From sequence record SRR22947727_788: a DNA stretch of 64,000 nt. The stretch is one strand, 5' to 3'. The translations under genes and the position numbers were made by a program. A model generated the notes under the pieces. It was given only the letters and a program-made list of their open reading frames with translations. It made no database searches and was not told the origin of the DNA. The first letter of the stretch is position 1, and every line of letters starts with the position of its first letter. Shown here in pieces: positions 39,815 through 49,840 of the stretch.

Positions 39815-41119
39815 CTAGGTAACCTCGGGCGGTGGGGACTCGAGGTTCGCCGCCAAGGGCACCTCAGAGGTGGCAGGTCCAAAAGTCTCCACGAGTTCCC
39901 GCTCCTCGGTAATCACGCGAGCAAGTCGCCGAATACCTTCGGTGATGAAGTCAGGCTCGGGGTAGCAGAAGGCGAGCCGAAGGTGGCGTTGCCCTTCGCC
40001 ATTCGCAAAGAATGCTGTGCCGGGAGTGTAGGCAACCAGTTCGGTGATAGCCCGCGGCAACATCTCTTTGGAGTCGAGCCCTTCGGGAAGGGTCAGCCAC
40101 AGGTAAAAGCCACCTGCGGGGTTCGTGTGGGCGATGTCGGGAAGATAGGTCGCCAAGGCGTCGGACATGGCGTCTCGGCGCTCCCGATACACCCCGCGGA
40201 AAGTATCAATTTGACCTTTCCAGTCATAGGACTCGAAATATTCGGCCAACACCATTTGTGCAAAGGAACTTGGCGACAGAATCGCGGCTTCTGATGCTAA
40301 GACGAGTTTTTCTCGTATTCCATGGGGGGCAACAACCCATCCCACGCGGAGGCCGGGAGCAAAGGTCTTCGAAAAAGATCCCAAGTAGATGACACCCGCG
40401 TCATCCACGCTGCGCAACGCCTGAGGGGGAGGTGAATCGAACCACAACAACCCATAGGGGTTGTCCTCCACGATCAAAATCCCGTTGTCTTTGGCGATAT
40501 CGAGAATCTCCACTCGGCGTGAGGCTGACAGTGTCACCCCAGCCGGGTTTTGGAAGTTAGGAATCAGATAGAGGAACTTGATGGGAACGTGGGCTGCCCG
40601 AAGCTCCTCAATGCGTTGGGTGAGAGCGGCCGGAATCATGCCGTGCTCGTCCATCTCAATGTGCTCGACGCGTGCCTGGTAGGAGCGGAACACTCCCATG
40701 GCGCCGACGTAGCTCGGAGATTCCGCGAGAATCGCGTCGCCCGGGTTCACAAAAAGCTTGGCAACGAGGTCGAGACCCTGCTGTGATCCGGTCGTGACGA
40801 CAATGTCATCGACACCCGCCCGAATACCCTCTTCTGCCATGATGGCGCGGATTTTTTCGCGAAGACTCGGCAATCCCTGACCCGAGCCGTATTGCAGGGC
40901 AGTGGGGCCCTGGCTAGCGAGGACGGAATCGACGGAGCTTCGGACTTTGTCAAAAGGTAACGCCGCGACAAACGGCATCCCCCCGGCTAATGACACCACC
41001 TCGGGACGAGACGCCACCGCGAAAAGCGCCCTCACTTCGCTAGCGCTGAGACCCGCAGCACGGTCTGCATAGTTGTCAAACCACGGGTCAAGGGAAATTC
41101 CCGAACCGGAGGACATCAT
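39815..41119 (-). CDS. PLP-dependent class I/II aminotransferase
   Basis: SLAGGMP, GSQQGLD, NFQNPAG, EDNPY, SFSKT..PGLRVG. Confidence 0.88.
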   Translation of the reverse strand: MMSSGSGISLDPWFDNYADRAAGLSASEVRALFAVASRPEVVSLAGGMPFVAALPFDKVRSSVDSVLASQGPTALQYGSGQGLPSLREKIRAIMAEEGIRAGVDDIVVTTGSQQGLDLVAKLFVNPGDAILAESPSYVGAMGVFRSYQARVEHIEMDEHGMIPAALTQRIEELRAAHVPIKFLYLIPNFQNPAGVTLSASRRVEILDIAKDNGILIVEDNPYGLLWFDSPPPQALRSVDDAGVIYLGSFSKTFAPGLRVGWVVAPHGIREKLVLASEAAILSPSSFAQMVLAEYFESYDWKGQIDTFRGVYRERRDAMSDALATYLPDIAHTNPAGGFYLWLTLPEGLDSKEMLPRAITELVAYTPGTAFFANGEGQRHLRLAFCYPEPDFITEGIRRLARVITEERELVETFGPATSEVPLAANLESPPPEVT

Positions 41120-41186
41120 GAGAACACCTTGGACGCTGGGGACATTGAAGTGCCCAGAATACGGGGATTTTCTGGAGAATGGGGCC

Positions 41187-41513
41187 TTAAGCCAGGAATT
41201 CCTGCAGATCGGCCTCGAGTGCTGGCTTGGGTTTTGCCCCAATAACGGTCTTGACGACCTCGCCAGCGCGGAAGACCTTCATCGTGGGGATGGAGGTGAT
41301 CTGGTACTTCATCGCCGTTTCTGGGTTGTCATCCACATTGAGTTTGACGACATCGATCTTGTCGGAGTGCTCGGTGGCAATCTGGTCCAAAATCGGCGAG
41401 ACCGCGCGACAGGGTCCACACCATTCGGCCCAGAAGTCCACCATGATGGGCTTCTCACTGGCGAGTACCTCAGTGGCAAAGTTCTGGTCGGTTACATCTC
41501 GTGCGCTACTCAT
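41187..41513 (-). CDS. trxA: Thioredoxin
   Basis: WCGPC. Confidence 0.96.
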   Translation of the reverse strand: MSSARDVTDQNFATEVLASEKPIMVDFWAEWCGPCRAVSPILDQIATEHSDKIDVVKLNVDDNPETAMKYQITSIPTMKVFRAGEVVKTVIGAKPKPALEADLQEFLA

Positions 41514-41540
41514 GTTCTTCTCCTTGGGTGATTTGGCGCT

Positions 41541-42494
41541 CTAGGCGCTGTGGCTTGCGGCGGCCTGCTTCTGAGGCAGCGACTCGAGGTAGTGCTGAGC
41601 GTCCAGCGCTGCGACGCACCCTGAACCCGCAGCGGTGACGGCCTGACGGTAGGCAGGGTCAATGACGTCTCCCGCCGCGAAAACGCCCTCGAGGTTGGTC
41701 CGTGAGGTGCGACCATCCACAGCAATCGTGCCCTCTGAGGTGAGATCCAGTTGACCATGAACAACGTGGGTGCGGGGGTCAGACCCAATCGCGATGAAGA
41801 GCCCGGAAACATCGAGAGTTTTTTCCTCGCCGGTCACCGTGTCGACAATGCCGATTCCGGAGACCAGGTCATCGCCGTAGATGTGCTCCACGGTGGCGTT
41901 CAAAATGAACTCGATTTTGGGGTCATTCTGAGCGCGCTCCTGCATAACCGCGGAGGCGCGGAGTGTTTCGGAGCGGTGGATGATGTAAACCTTGTCTGCA
42001 AAACGGGTGAGGAAGGTTGCTTCCTCCATGGCTGAGTCTCCGCCTCCCACGACAGCGACGACTTTCTCGCGATAGAAAGCACCATCGCAGGTTGCGCACC
42101 AGGAGACGCCGTATCCACTCAGGCGATCCTCGTCAGGAATGCCGAGCTTTCGGTATGCGGAGCCAGTGGCGACAATCACAGCGGCGGCTTCAACTGTGTC
42201 GCCATTGCCGAGCGAAATCTTCTTGACCGGACCAGAAAGCTCAACCGAGGTGACGTCGTCGTACATAATCTCGGCGCCAAAGCGCTCAGCCTGCTTCTGC
42301 ATGTGGGTCATCAGCTCAGGACCCATGATGCCCTCGGGGAAACCGGGGAAGTTATCCACATCGGTGGTGTTCATCAGATCGCCACCAAACTCCACAGAGG
42401 AGGCAACAACCAGAGGGTTGAGGTTGGCGCGCGCTGCATAGATGGCTGCGGTGTAGCCAGCAGGCCCTGATCCGATAATGACGACGTCTCTCAT
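41541..42494 (-). CDS. trxB: Thioredoxin reductase
   Basis: GSGPAG, CATCDG, GGGDSAMEEA. Confidence 0.96.
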   Translation of the reverse strand: MRDVVIIGSGPAGYTAAIYAARANLNPLVVASSVEFGGDLMNTTDVDNFPGFPEGIMGPELMTHMQKQAERFGAEIMYDDVTSVELSGPVKKISLGNGDTVEAAAVIVATGSAYRKLGIPDEDRLSGYGVSWCATCDGAFYREKVVAVVGGGDSAMEEATFLTRFADKVYIIHRSETLRASAVMQERAQNDPKIEFILNATVEHIYGDDLVSGIGIVDTVTGEEKTLDVSGLFIAIGSDPRTHVVHGQLDLTSEGTIAVDGRTSRTNLEGVFAAGDVIDPAYRQAVTAAGSGCVAALDAQHYLESLPQKQAAASHSA

Positions 42495-42532
42495 GGTTCT
42501 CCTACTTTCCTTACACCGCTAGCAACGCAAGT

Positions 42533-44209
42533 CTAGGAGGAACTATTCCCTGACCGGGTAAACGGCAGGCGTCGAACAAGGGGCCCCGCTACCGCACGGG
42601 CGTCGCTGTTGCCCAGCAACAGCAGGGTCCCCCCGTAGACCACCACCATGGTGAGGGTGATGACCGCCATTACGAGAGCGGACCACAGGGCTGATTCTGT
42701 GAGATAGCCGGCTCCGTCCGCTCCGCCGAAGGCGGTGAGCAGAGCAAAACCTGCACCACTCGAGGGCAGAGCAGCCAGAAGAAACTGCGACAGAGAAAAG
42801 ACCAGTGGCCGGAGGCTCAGGCCTCCCAGTTTCCGTCGGAGAACGACAATCGCCACAAGTGTTTGAACGCTTCCCGCGATGCTGGCAGAGAGCGCCAGTC
42901 CCACTGCAATCTGGGTAACCGGAAGTGTTGAGACCCCCAGCGCGAGGGAAATAAATAGCGTCGCCTGCAGAACCTGGAGGAAGAACGGGGTTCTTGTGTC
43001 TTCTAGGGCGTAGAACACCCGTTGGACAACGAAGAGAACGCTAAAAGCCAGCAGACCCAACGCATAGGACGCAATAACTATCCCCATTGCCCGAATGGAC
43101 TCGGGTTCACCCCCAAACTGACGAGCGAAAGGCAGTGACACCACGATGAGACCAACGCTCGCAAGAACCATGAAGAATCCGATGCGCGACACAGATTCCA
43201 GGAAGTCGCCGCGGACGGCGGCACGGTTCCCATCACGTGCATGGGTCGACATTCGTGTGAAGTAGGCAGTCGCAAGAGACACCGCAACAACTGAGTGCGG
43301 GAGCATGAAAATCAACCAGGAGAAACGCAAAATGGCAAGGCTCGGAGCATCTCCACCGGCAGCTAACGACGCCACATTCGCTTGAACCACTCCGGCGATC
43401 TGGGCGACCAAGATCATGCCGAACATCCAGGACACCGCTCTACCGGTGTTCCCCAGTCCCACTCCCCGCCAGCGGAAGTCGGCGCGGAAGCTTAAACCGG
43501 CTCTGCGCCAAAACAGAAAAAGGATGAAGGCTTGAGCGGCGACCCCCGCGGTGGCGGAGCCAGCCAGGACGGCGACCATGGACGAGGTCCAGACCATCGC
43601 GTTCGCTGTGTCTGCGCCCGGGAATAGGAGGCCAAAGGCCACCAGCCCAGTCATCGCCACAACGTTGTTGAGCGCGGGTGCCCAGGTGAAGGGCCCAAAG
43701 ACTTTCCGGGCGTTCAGAACCTCGCTCAGCAAGCTATAGAGCGCGTAAAACAGGATTTGGGGCAAACACCAATAGGCAAATGCCACAGCCAACGCAATTT
43801 CTTCGGGACTGAAACCTCGACCTCCGTCTCCTCCGCTTTGGGCGTAAAGAGCGACAAGGGCGGGCGCAAGGAGGGTTGCCAGCACTGCGACAGCGAGAAA
43901 AATCAAAAATCCGAGAGTGACAATCTTGTTGATGAAGCTTTGTCCCCCATCTTTATCGAGCCCGGCCTTCACTATGTGGGGGACCAGAACGGCGCTCAGG
44001 ACACCGCCCGCGACGATGGCGTAAATGTTGTTGGGGAGCTGATTAGCCAAGGCAAAGGTGTCCGCACCAGCCCCCACTGTTCCCAGGGTCCGCGCGAGGA
44101 TGATTGCGCTGATGAATCCCAGAACGCGCGACACCACAGTGCCCGACGCAAGCAGCATGCTGGCGCGACCTAATCCACGATTGTCCTCACGCGGTGTCGT
44201 CATCGCCAC
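42533..44209 (-). CDS. murJ: Lipid II flippase MurJ/MviN
   Basis: SRVLGF, ANQLPN, PQILFY, APALNN, RVFYA..DTRTP. Confidence 0.92.
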   Translation of the reverse strand: MAMTTPREDNRGLGRASMLLASGTVVSRVLGFISAIILARTLGTVGAGADTFALANQLPNNIYAIVAGGVLSAVLVPHIVKAGLDKDGGQSFINKIVTLGFLIFLAVAVLATLLAPALVALYAQSGGDGGRGFSPEEIALAVAFAYWCLPQILFYALYSLLSEVLNARKVFGPFTWAPALNNVVAMTGLVAFGLLFPGADTANAMVWTSSMVAVLAGSATAGVAAQAFILFLFWRRAGLSFRADFRWRGVGLGNTGRAVSWMFGMILVAQIAGVVQANVASLAAGGDAPSLAILRFSWLIFMLPHSVVAVSLATAYFTRMSTHARDGNRAAVRGDFLESVSRIGFFMVLASVGLIVVSLPFARQFGGEPESIRAMGIVIASYALGLLAFSVLFVVQRVFYALEDTRTPFFLQVLQATLFISLALGVSTLPVTQIAVGLALSASIAGSVQTLVAIVVLRRKLGGLSLRPLVFSLSQFLLAALPSSGAGFALLTAFGGADGAGYLTESALWSALVMAVITLTMVVVYGGTLLLLGNSDARAVAGPLVRRLPFTRSGNSSS

Positions 44210-46160
44210 CTCCCACCAGGGACCGTCGCCGCTGGATGGCCCGGATCAGGCCGAACGTGAACACTCCACCGACTAGACCTGCGAGCGCAAAACTGATGAC
44301 ACCCTCCCATCCGGCCCTGATAGTGACCGGGATGGTGACAATCTCGCCGACGAGCTGCCCACCTGCGGACAGGAGACTGAACTCGACCGGAACAGATCCA
44401 TTAGCCAGAGACTGAACCGGAACAAAGACACGTATCGAGGACTCTGGAGCAATCTCCACCTGGGTGATGGGCTGCTCGACCGCAAGAATTCCTGTGGTGG
44501 GTCGCACCCGGAGCGACACGACAACAGACGACGCCAGGTCATTGTTGATGGTCACCGGGAGCTGCGTTTGATCACTCAGTACCGTGATCGAGCTGCCCTG
44601 CTCCACTCGCACGGAGTTTTGGAAATCTCGGGATTCTTGTTGCGCTCTTTCCCATTCGCTCTCCAACCCGTTGGGATTGTCGCTCCAGGTCGAGGAGAGC
44701 AGCGCTTGATATCTGTTCCATCGGCCGAAGACGGCCCCACCAGGGTCGGAGGCGATAGTGGCGAACGCGACATCGCTCTCCCACAGGCCTTTGAGCGCTC
44801 CCACAAAGTTCTGCCACTCCCTGCTCTGGGGGATGGTGGTGATGCCCGGCAGAGTTTCCGTTGCGGGTGCTCCCAGCGGAACTGCCACAGTTGTCGCCAG
44901 CCGCATGGCGCTGAACCCTTCGAGAACAGACTCGAGCCTCGGGGCGATGGCGGTGGCGGGCAGACGTCCAGTGCTAAACACCAGCACCTCGTCATTGCCC
45001 GTGAGAGCTCGATATCCGATGATGCCTTGGGCGCGTTGGAGATCTGCTTCGGCCTCAAGGACTGTGGGCGCTTGCAGAGCATCAGTGGCAAGACGGGAGA
45101 GCTGGGCGTCTACGCGGATAATCCTGGCGTCTCCGATTGATACGACGGATCGATCCGAGGGCAAGCTGTTGCTGGAGAGAAGTACGGCAGACGCGGATCG
45201 CGTGGCGAGCGTGGCGAGCTGGTCGTTGCTGATGGCGTCACCGTGAACCCAGGGATATTCGCCAAGCTTGGCAAAGACCAGAGTGTCAATGGCGAGCGTT
45301 GCTAGGGGGTCGGCATCTGCCCAGGGAAGCGCGAATTGGGTGAGTCCAATAGAGCCCAAAGTGCTCGCCCAGGCGAGAGACTCAGGTGGTGCTTGATCAC
45401 CGAGAACCGTGATGGAGCTGGTGATTCTGCTGTCGATAGCGAGCGAGGCCGGGTAGATCTCGAGCGCACGGGTGACCTGATTGAGCGGCCCACCCTCAAT
45501 TGTTTGTGCCTCGAGCTCGCCAGGGCTCAGCGCTTGACCACCGGTGGCCGAGGTGGTGAGGGTGACGATGGGAGCTATGGACGCTCGCTGCAGTTCGGTG
45601 CCTGCCGGCACAAGTATCAAGATTTGCCGCCCGACGAGTTGTCGCAATCCCGGGACCAGGTTTCCCGGATTGGAGTACGAGACCTCAAGTCCGAAGATGC
45701 CGGGTTGGGGTTCGTCATCAACCCTCTCCGGCGCAACCCGCTCGCTCAGAACCTCGGGGTTGAAGCCAAAAATCATTTCCCGGGACTCAAGTTGCGGAAC
45801 TTCCGGGCTCACGGCTTGAGCAATCTCCGTGACAACGGGTTCGCTGTCCCCCGAGATAAAGCGGCGAATCTGTTCCTCACTCGTGAACGGATCCTCGGTG
45901 AGACTTACGACAACGTCGCCCGTGGAGAGGGTGCCGGTTTCGTCGGCTCGCAAAAGGACACTGTAGGCGCCACCAAGCGCAGGATCGATGATTCCGCCGG
46001 CATCCACGATGAGATCAACACGTGCCTCAGAGCGCTCATCACTCGCGTGAGCGGGAGCGGGAGGGGCGAGGAGCGACACACTCAGCGCAAGGAGCACCCC
46101 GAGGGCCACGAGGGACCGTCGGGGCTTGGTGAAAACTGCACTGGCGCCTGAGTTATCCAC
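44187..46160 (-). CDS. Secreted/membrane-anchored protein, DUF6049-like (start uncertain)
   Basis: Signal peptide (PAHA), LPWADAD, LPVTI.N.L, C-terminal TM; position between cca and murJ. Confidence 0.72.
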   Translation of the reverse strand: MDNSGASAVFTKPRRSLVALGVLLALSVSLLAPPAPAHASDERSEARVDLIVDAGGIIDPALGGAYSVLLRADETGTLSTGDVVVSLTEDPFTSEEQIRRFISGDSEPVVTEIAQAVSPEVPQLESREMIFGFNPEVLSERVAPERVDDEPQPGIFGLEVSYSNPGNLVPGLRQLVGRQILILVPAGTELQRASIAPIVTLTTSATGGQALSPGELEAQTIEGGPLNQVTRALEIYPASLAIDSRITSSITVLGDQAPPESLAWASTLGSIGLTQFALPWADADPLATLAIDTLVFAKLGEYPWVHGDAISNDQLATLATRSASAVLLSSNSLPSDRSVVSIGDARIIRVDAQLSRLATDALQAPTVLEAEADLQRAQGIIGYRALTGNDEVLVFSTGRLPATAIAPRLESVLEGFSAMRLATTVAVPLGAPATETLPGITTIPQSREWQNFVGALKGLWESDVAFATIASDPGGAVFGRWNRYQALLSSTWSDNPNGLESEWERAQQESRDFQNSVRVEQGSSITVLSDQTQLPVTINNDLASSVVVSLRVRPTTGILAVEQPITQVEIAPESSIRVFVPVQSLANGSVPVEFSLLSAGGQLVGEIVTIPVTIRAGWEGVISFALAGLVGGVFTFGLIRAIQRRRSLVGGGDDDTA

Positions 46161-46217
46161 GCCTGCGTGTCACTGTCCCCCGAGCTGGCATGGTTCAGAG
46201 TCTAGACTCTGAACACT

Positions 46218-47642
46218 ATGTCGAGCGTTGCGAAAGCCGTGGAAACACTGCGTCTCGTCACCTCCGAGGAGCCCATCAAGGGCCTTGCAGAGGCTTTCGC
46301 TGCGGCTGGTTTTGAGCTCGCTCTTGTGGGTGGTCCGGTTCGAGATGCTTTCTTGGGCCGCACGGTTCACGATCTTGATTTCACAACGTCGGCAACACCC
46401 GATGAGATTGAGAAACTCGTTAAGCCACTGGCCGATGCCATATGGGACGTGGGTAGAGCGTTTGGCACCATTGCCGCCCAATTGGGCGAGCACACGGTGG
46501 AAATCACGACTTATCGGGCTGATTCCTATGACGGGAGCAGCCGTAAACCTGATGTTGTTTTTGGCTCGAGCCTGGAGGAGGACCTGTTCCGGCGGGACTT
46601 CACGATGAACGCTATGGCTCTGACTCTTCCCGAGGTCAAGCTGGTCGATCCGTGTAACGGTTTGGAGGATCTGCTGGCTGGCGTCCTTCGGACCCCGATT
46701 GAGCCCGAGATTTCTTTCCAAGATGACCCTCTGCGCATGATGCGAGGGGCTCGTTTCACGAGCCAACTGGGGGCTGTGATTCATCCCGACACGATGGCCG
46801 CCATGATTTCCCTGGCACCCCGAATTGCCGATATTTCCGCTGAGAGAGTGCGCGAGGAATTCACTCGCCTTCTCGCCACCGAGTCACCGCGCCAGGGACT
46901 TGAGGTCCTGGTGGAGACGGGGATTGCCGACATTGTGTTGCCAGAGCTCCCCGCGCTCCGCTTGGAATCTGACGAGCACGCCCATCACAAGGACGTCTAT
47001 CAGCACACGCTGACGGTGGTGGAGCAGGCCATAGAGGAGGAAAAGCGACGTTTTCCCGACCAAGCTCCTGATGTTGTCTTGCGCGTAGCGGCGCTACTGC
47101 ATGACATCGGTAAACCCGCCACGAGACGGTTTGAGGGTGGCGGCGTGGTCACCTTCTATCACCATGATGTGGTGGGAGCCAAGCTGGCCAAGAAGCGACT
47201 CAAGGCGCTGCGCTTTGACAACAACACCATCGATTCCGTTGCGAGGCTCATTGAGCTTCATCTTCGGTTCTTCGGTTATTCCGAGCAAGCCTGGACCGAT
47301 TCTGCTGTCCGGCGTTACGTGCGAGACGCTGGCGAAGAGTTAGAGCGCCTCCACATTCTCGTGCGTGCCGATGTGACCACACGGAACAAGCGCAAAGCGG
47401 ATCGTTTGTCCTTTGCCTATGACGACCTAGAAGCACGTATCGCAGTGTTGGCGGAGCAAGAGGAGCTACAAGCAATCCGACCTGAGTTGGATGGCGAAGC
47501 CATCATGGCAACCCTAGATCTTCCCCCTGGTCGAGAGGTGGGTGAGGCCTACAAATTCCTCCTCGAACTGCGCCTCGATGAAGGCGAAATCGGAGTGGAC
47601 GAGGTCACGAAGCGCCTTCGGGCATGGTGGGAATCCCGGTAG
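46218..47642 (+). CDS. CCA tRNA nucleotidyltransferase (PcnA-like, HD domain)
   Basis: VGGPVRD, DLDF, RRDFTMNA, DDPLRMMR, LLHDIGK. Confidence 0.93.
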   Translation: MSSVAKAVETLRLVTSEEPIKGLAEAFAAAGFELALVGGPVRDAFLGRTVHDLDFTTSATPDEIEKLVKPLADAIWDVGRAFGTIAAQLGEHTVEITTYRADSYDGSSRKPDVVFGSSLEEDLFRRDFTMNAMALTLPEVKLVDPCNGLEDLLAGVLRTPIEPEISFQDDPLRMMRGARFTSQLGAVIHPDTMAAMISLAPRIADISAERVREEFTRLLATESPRQGLEVLVETGIADIVLPELPALRLESDEHAHHKDVYQHTLTVVEQAIEEEKRRFPDQAPDVVLRVAALLHDIGKPATRRFEGGGVVTFYHHDVVGAKLAKKRLKALRFDNNTIDSVARLIELHLRFFGYSEQAWTDSAVRRYVRDAGEELERLHILVRADVTTRNKRKADRLSFAYDDLEARIAVLAEQEELQAIRPELDGEAIMATLDLPPGREVGEAYKFLLELRLDEGEIGVDEVTKRLRAWWESR

Positions 47643-47704
47643 CTGTTGCTCCACGGCGCCGTGGCGCCTAGACTGTGGCAGTTGTCTTGTTCGCAAGACA
47701 CAGC

Positions 47705-47763
47705 ACTAATCCCTCCTGTTGCAGAAATCCTGTAACCGTTGAGTCCGAAGGAGGTGGGGTAGT
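47705..47763 (+). promoter_or_regulatory. Structured rpsF leader (S6:S18-type candidate)
   Basis: ACTAATCCCTCCT pairs with AGGAGGTGGGGTAGT (covers the SD); inner hairpin GTTGCAG/CTGTAAC. Confidence 0.55.
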
Positions 47764-47764
47764 C

Positions 47765-48139
47765 GTGCACGATTATGAACTGATGGTCATCCTTGACCCA
47801 GAGACAGATGAGCGCACCGTTGCTCCCAGTCTCGAAGCGTTCCTTGAGGTCATCCGTAAAGACGGTGGCTCCATTGAGAACCTCGACATTTGGGGTAAGC
47901 GTCGGTTGGCGTACGAGATCAAGAAGAAGTCCGAGGGCATCTACGCCGTCGTTAACTTCACGGCATCACCAGAGGCGACAGCTGAGCTTGACCGCCAGCT
48001 CCGCCTGAGCGAAGCCGTCATGCGAACCAAGGTGTTGCGCCAGGACGAAGCTACCGTTCGCCTGGGTGCTCCCGAAGAATCGCCCGTAGCTCAGAAGGTG
48101 TCGCTCTCGGGCGGCAACAAACGACGCAAGTCGGAGTAG
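47765..48139 (+). CDS. rpsF: 30S ribosomal protein S6
   Basis: [25 protein letters not shown]. Confidence 0.95.
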   Translation: MHDYELMVILDPETDERTVAPSLEAFLEVIRKDGGSIENLDIWGKRRLAYEIKKKSEGIYAVVNFTASPEATAELDRQLRLSEAVMRTKVLRQDEATVRLGAPEESPVAQKVSLSGGNKRRKSE

Positions 48140-48142
48140 ATC

Positions 48143-48631
48143 ATGGCTGGCGAAACAATCATCACGGTGGTGGGGAACCTCACGGCCGACCCAGAGTTGC
48201 GCTACACCCAGAACGGTGTGGCTGTCGCCAACTTCACCATCGCCTCGACCCCTCGTAATTTCGATCGGGCCTCCGGTGAATGGAAAGACGGCGAAGCTCT
48301 CTTCATGCGCGCAAGCGTATGGCGCGAGTTCGCGGAGCACGTAGCTTCCTCTCTCACCAAGGGTGCGCGAGTAGTGGCCACGGGTCGCCTTCGTCAGCGT
48401 TCTTACGAGACCAAAGAGGGCGAGAAGCGCACCTCTATTGAGCTTGAGGTTGACGAGATTGGCCCAAGCCTTCGCTATGCAACGGCCCAGGTTCAGCGTC
48501 AATCCAGCGGTGCCTCCAAAGGTGCTGTGGAAGACGCATGGAGCGCTCCTGCCGCAGGCGGAGTGACCCAAGATCCGTGGGCTAGTGCAGCTCCCGCAGA
48601 CCAAGCTCCTATTGAGGACGCACCCTTCTAA
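48143..48631 (+). CDS. ssb: Single-stranded DNA-binding protein
   Basis: [12 protein letters not shown]-terminal EDAPF. Confidence 0.96.
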   Translation: MAGETIITVVGNLTADPELRYTQNGVAVANFTIASTPRNFDRASGEWKDGEALFMRASVWREFAEHVASSLTKGARVVATGRLRQRSYETKEGEKRTSIELEVDEIGPSLRYATAQVQRQSSGASKGAVEDAWSAPAAGGVTQDPWASAAPADQAPIEDAPF

Positions 48632-48687
48632 CTAACGTGTGAGCGCCCGGGTTAGTCCCAGGGCGCCTGAGCAGAAAGAACATCACC

Positions 48688-48948
48688 ATGGCAGGAAAAT
48701 CCAGCGGCGATCGCCGCAAACCACGCATGGGCAAAGGCGGCAAGCCCGCAGCTCCTGTGAAGTCCATCACCGTGGGCGTCATTGACTACAAGGACGTCGC
48801 CACGCTTCGCCGCTTCATTTCGGAGCGCGGGAAGATCCGTAGCCGTCGCATCACCGGCGTCTCTGTCCAGGAGCAGCGTCTGCTCGCCAAAGCCATCAAG
48901 AACGCACGCGAAATGGCCTTGTTGCCCTACGCCGGTGCGGGCCGCTAA
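48688..48948 (+). CDS. rpsR: 30S ribosomal protein S18 (no Cys)
   Basis: [24 protein letters not shown]. Confidence 0.96.
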   Translation: MAGKSSGDRRKPRMGKGGKPAAPVKSITVGVIDYKDVATLRRFISERGKIRSRRITGVSVQEQRLLAKAIKNAREMALLPYAGAGR

Positions 48949-48959
48949 GGAGCGAACTC

Positions 48960-49412
48960 ATGACAAAGCTCATTTTGACTAACGAGGTCGCAGGCCTCGG
49001 TTCCGCAGGAGACGTCGTCGACGTCAAGAACGGATACGCTCGCAATTTTCTGATTCCTCAGGGATTTGCTGTCGCGTGGAGCAATGGTGGCCAGAAGCAG
49101 GTCGACCAGATTCGCTCAGCGCGTGAGGCGAAGGTTATGGCCTCTCAAGAAGAGGCGCAGTCACTCAAGGACAGGCTGGAAAAGGCGCCCATTGCTCTGA
49201 GCGCTAAAGCTGGCTCTGAGGGTCGCCTCTTCGGCTCCGTGACCCGCAACCACATCGCTGCGGCGATTGAGGCTGCCGGCATCGCGGGTGTTGACAAGCG
49301 ATCCATTGAGATTCTCAAGCCGATCAAGTCGACCGGCCCAGCAGAGGTCGTCATCAAGATTCACGATGGCGTCATCGCCACCGTTACTCTGTCGGTAAAG
49401 GCGGAAAAGTAG
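48960..49412 (+). CDS. rplI: 50S ribosomal protein L9
   Basis: VKNGYARNFLIP, GRLFGSV. Confidence 0.96.
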   Translation: MTKLILTNEVAGLGSAGDVVDVKNGYARNFLIPQGFAVAWSNGGQKQVDQIRSAREAKVMASQEEAQSLKDRLEKAPIALSAKAGSEGRLFGSVTRNHIAAAIEAAGIAGVDKRSIEILKPIKSTGPAEVVIKIHDGVIATVTLSVKAEK

Positions 49413-49432
49413 AACTTTTCCTGCTTGAGTGG

Positions 49433-49453
49433 GGCCCCTCTTCATGAGGGGCC
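49433..49453 (+). terminator. Hairpin after rplI
   Basis: GGCCCCTC-TTCAT-GAGGGGCC. Confidence 0.55.
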
Positions 49454-49473
49454 TTCACCATTTAAGGTGGCCT

Positions 49474-49671
49474 TTCTCCACACAAACACCCATACCACAC
49501 TGAAGTCTAAACCGGTGCTTTATACAGATTCACACAGCCCGAAATGTTAGTTTTCGTACTCGATAAATGGCAATTTTGTGGCAAAATTTGCTTCGTTAGG
49601 CTCCCAACAATCCCCATTTTATCCACAGGGCTTCCGGCGTTTCTCGACAATAGTGCACAGAGTTATCCACA
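49474..49671 (+). promoter_or_regulatory. DnaA-box cluster upstream of dnaB
   Basis: TTATCCACA at 49619-49627 and 49663-49671, TTCTCCACA at 49474-49482, AT-rich context. Confidence 0.7.
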
Positions 49672-49840
49672 GGGCTGATTGTGCGCGACGACCGGCAACT
49701 CTAGGGTGAAAACGAGCTTAGAAAGTAGATCCCCACCGGGGCTCTGAGAGCCTCCCCGCTGTGTCAGTCGATGGTGATAGACCTGGGGAGGAACACCCAC
49801 AACGTGCAGTCCCCGTGCGAAAAACAGTAAGGAGTCGCCT

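Noticed and set aside
42352-42360. Perfect DnaA box inside trxB
   Set aside because: Single isolated 9-mer within coding sequence; no supporting cluster.
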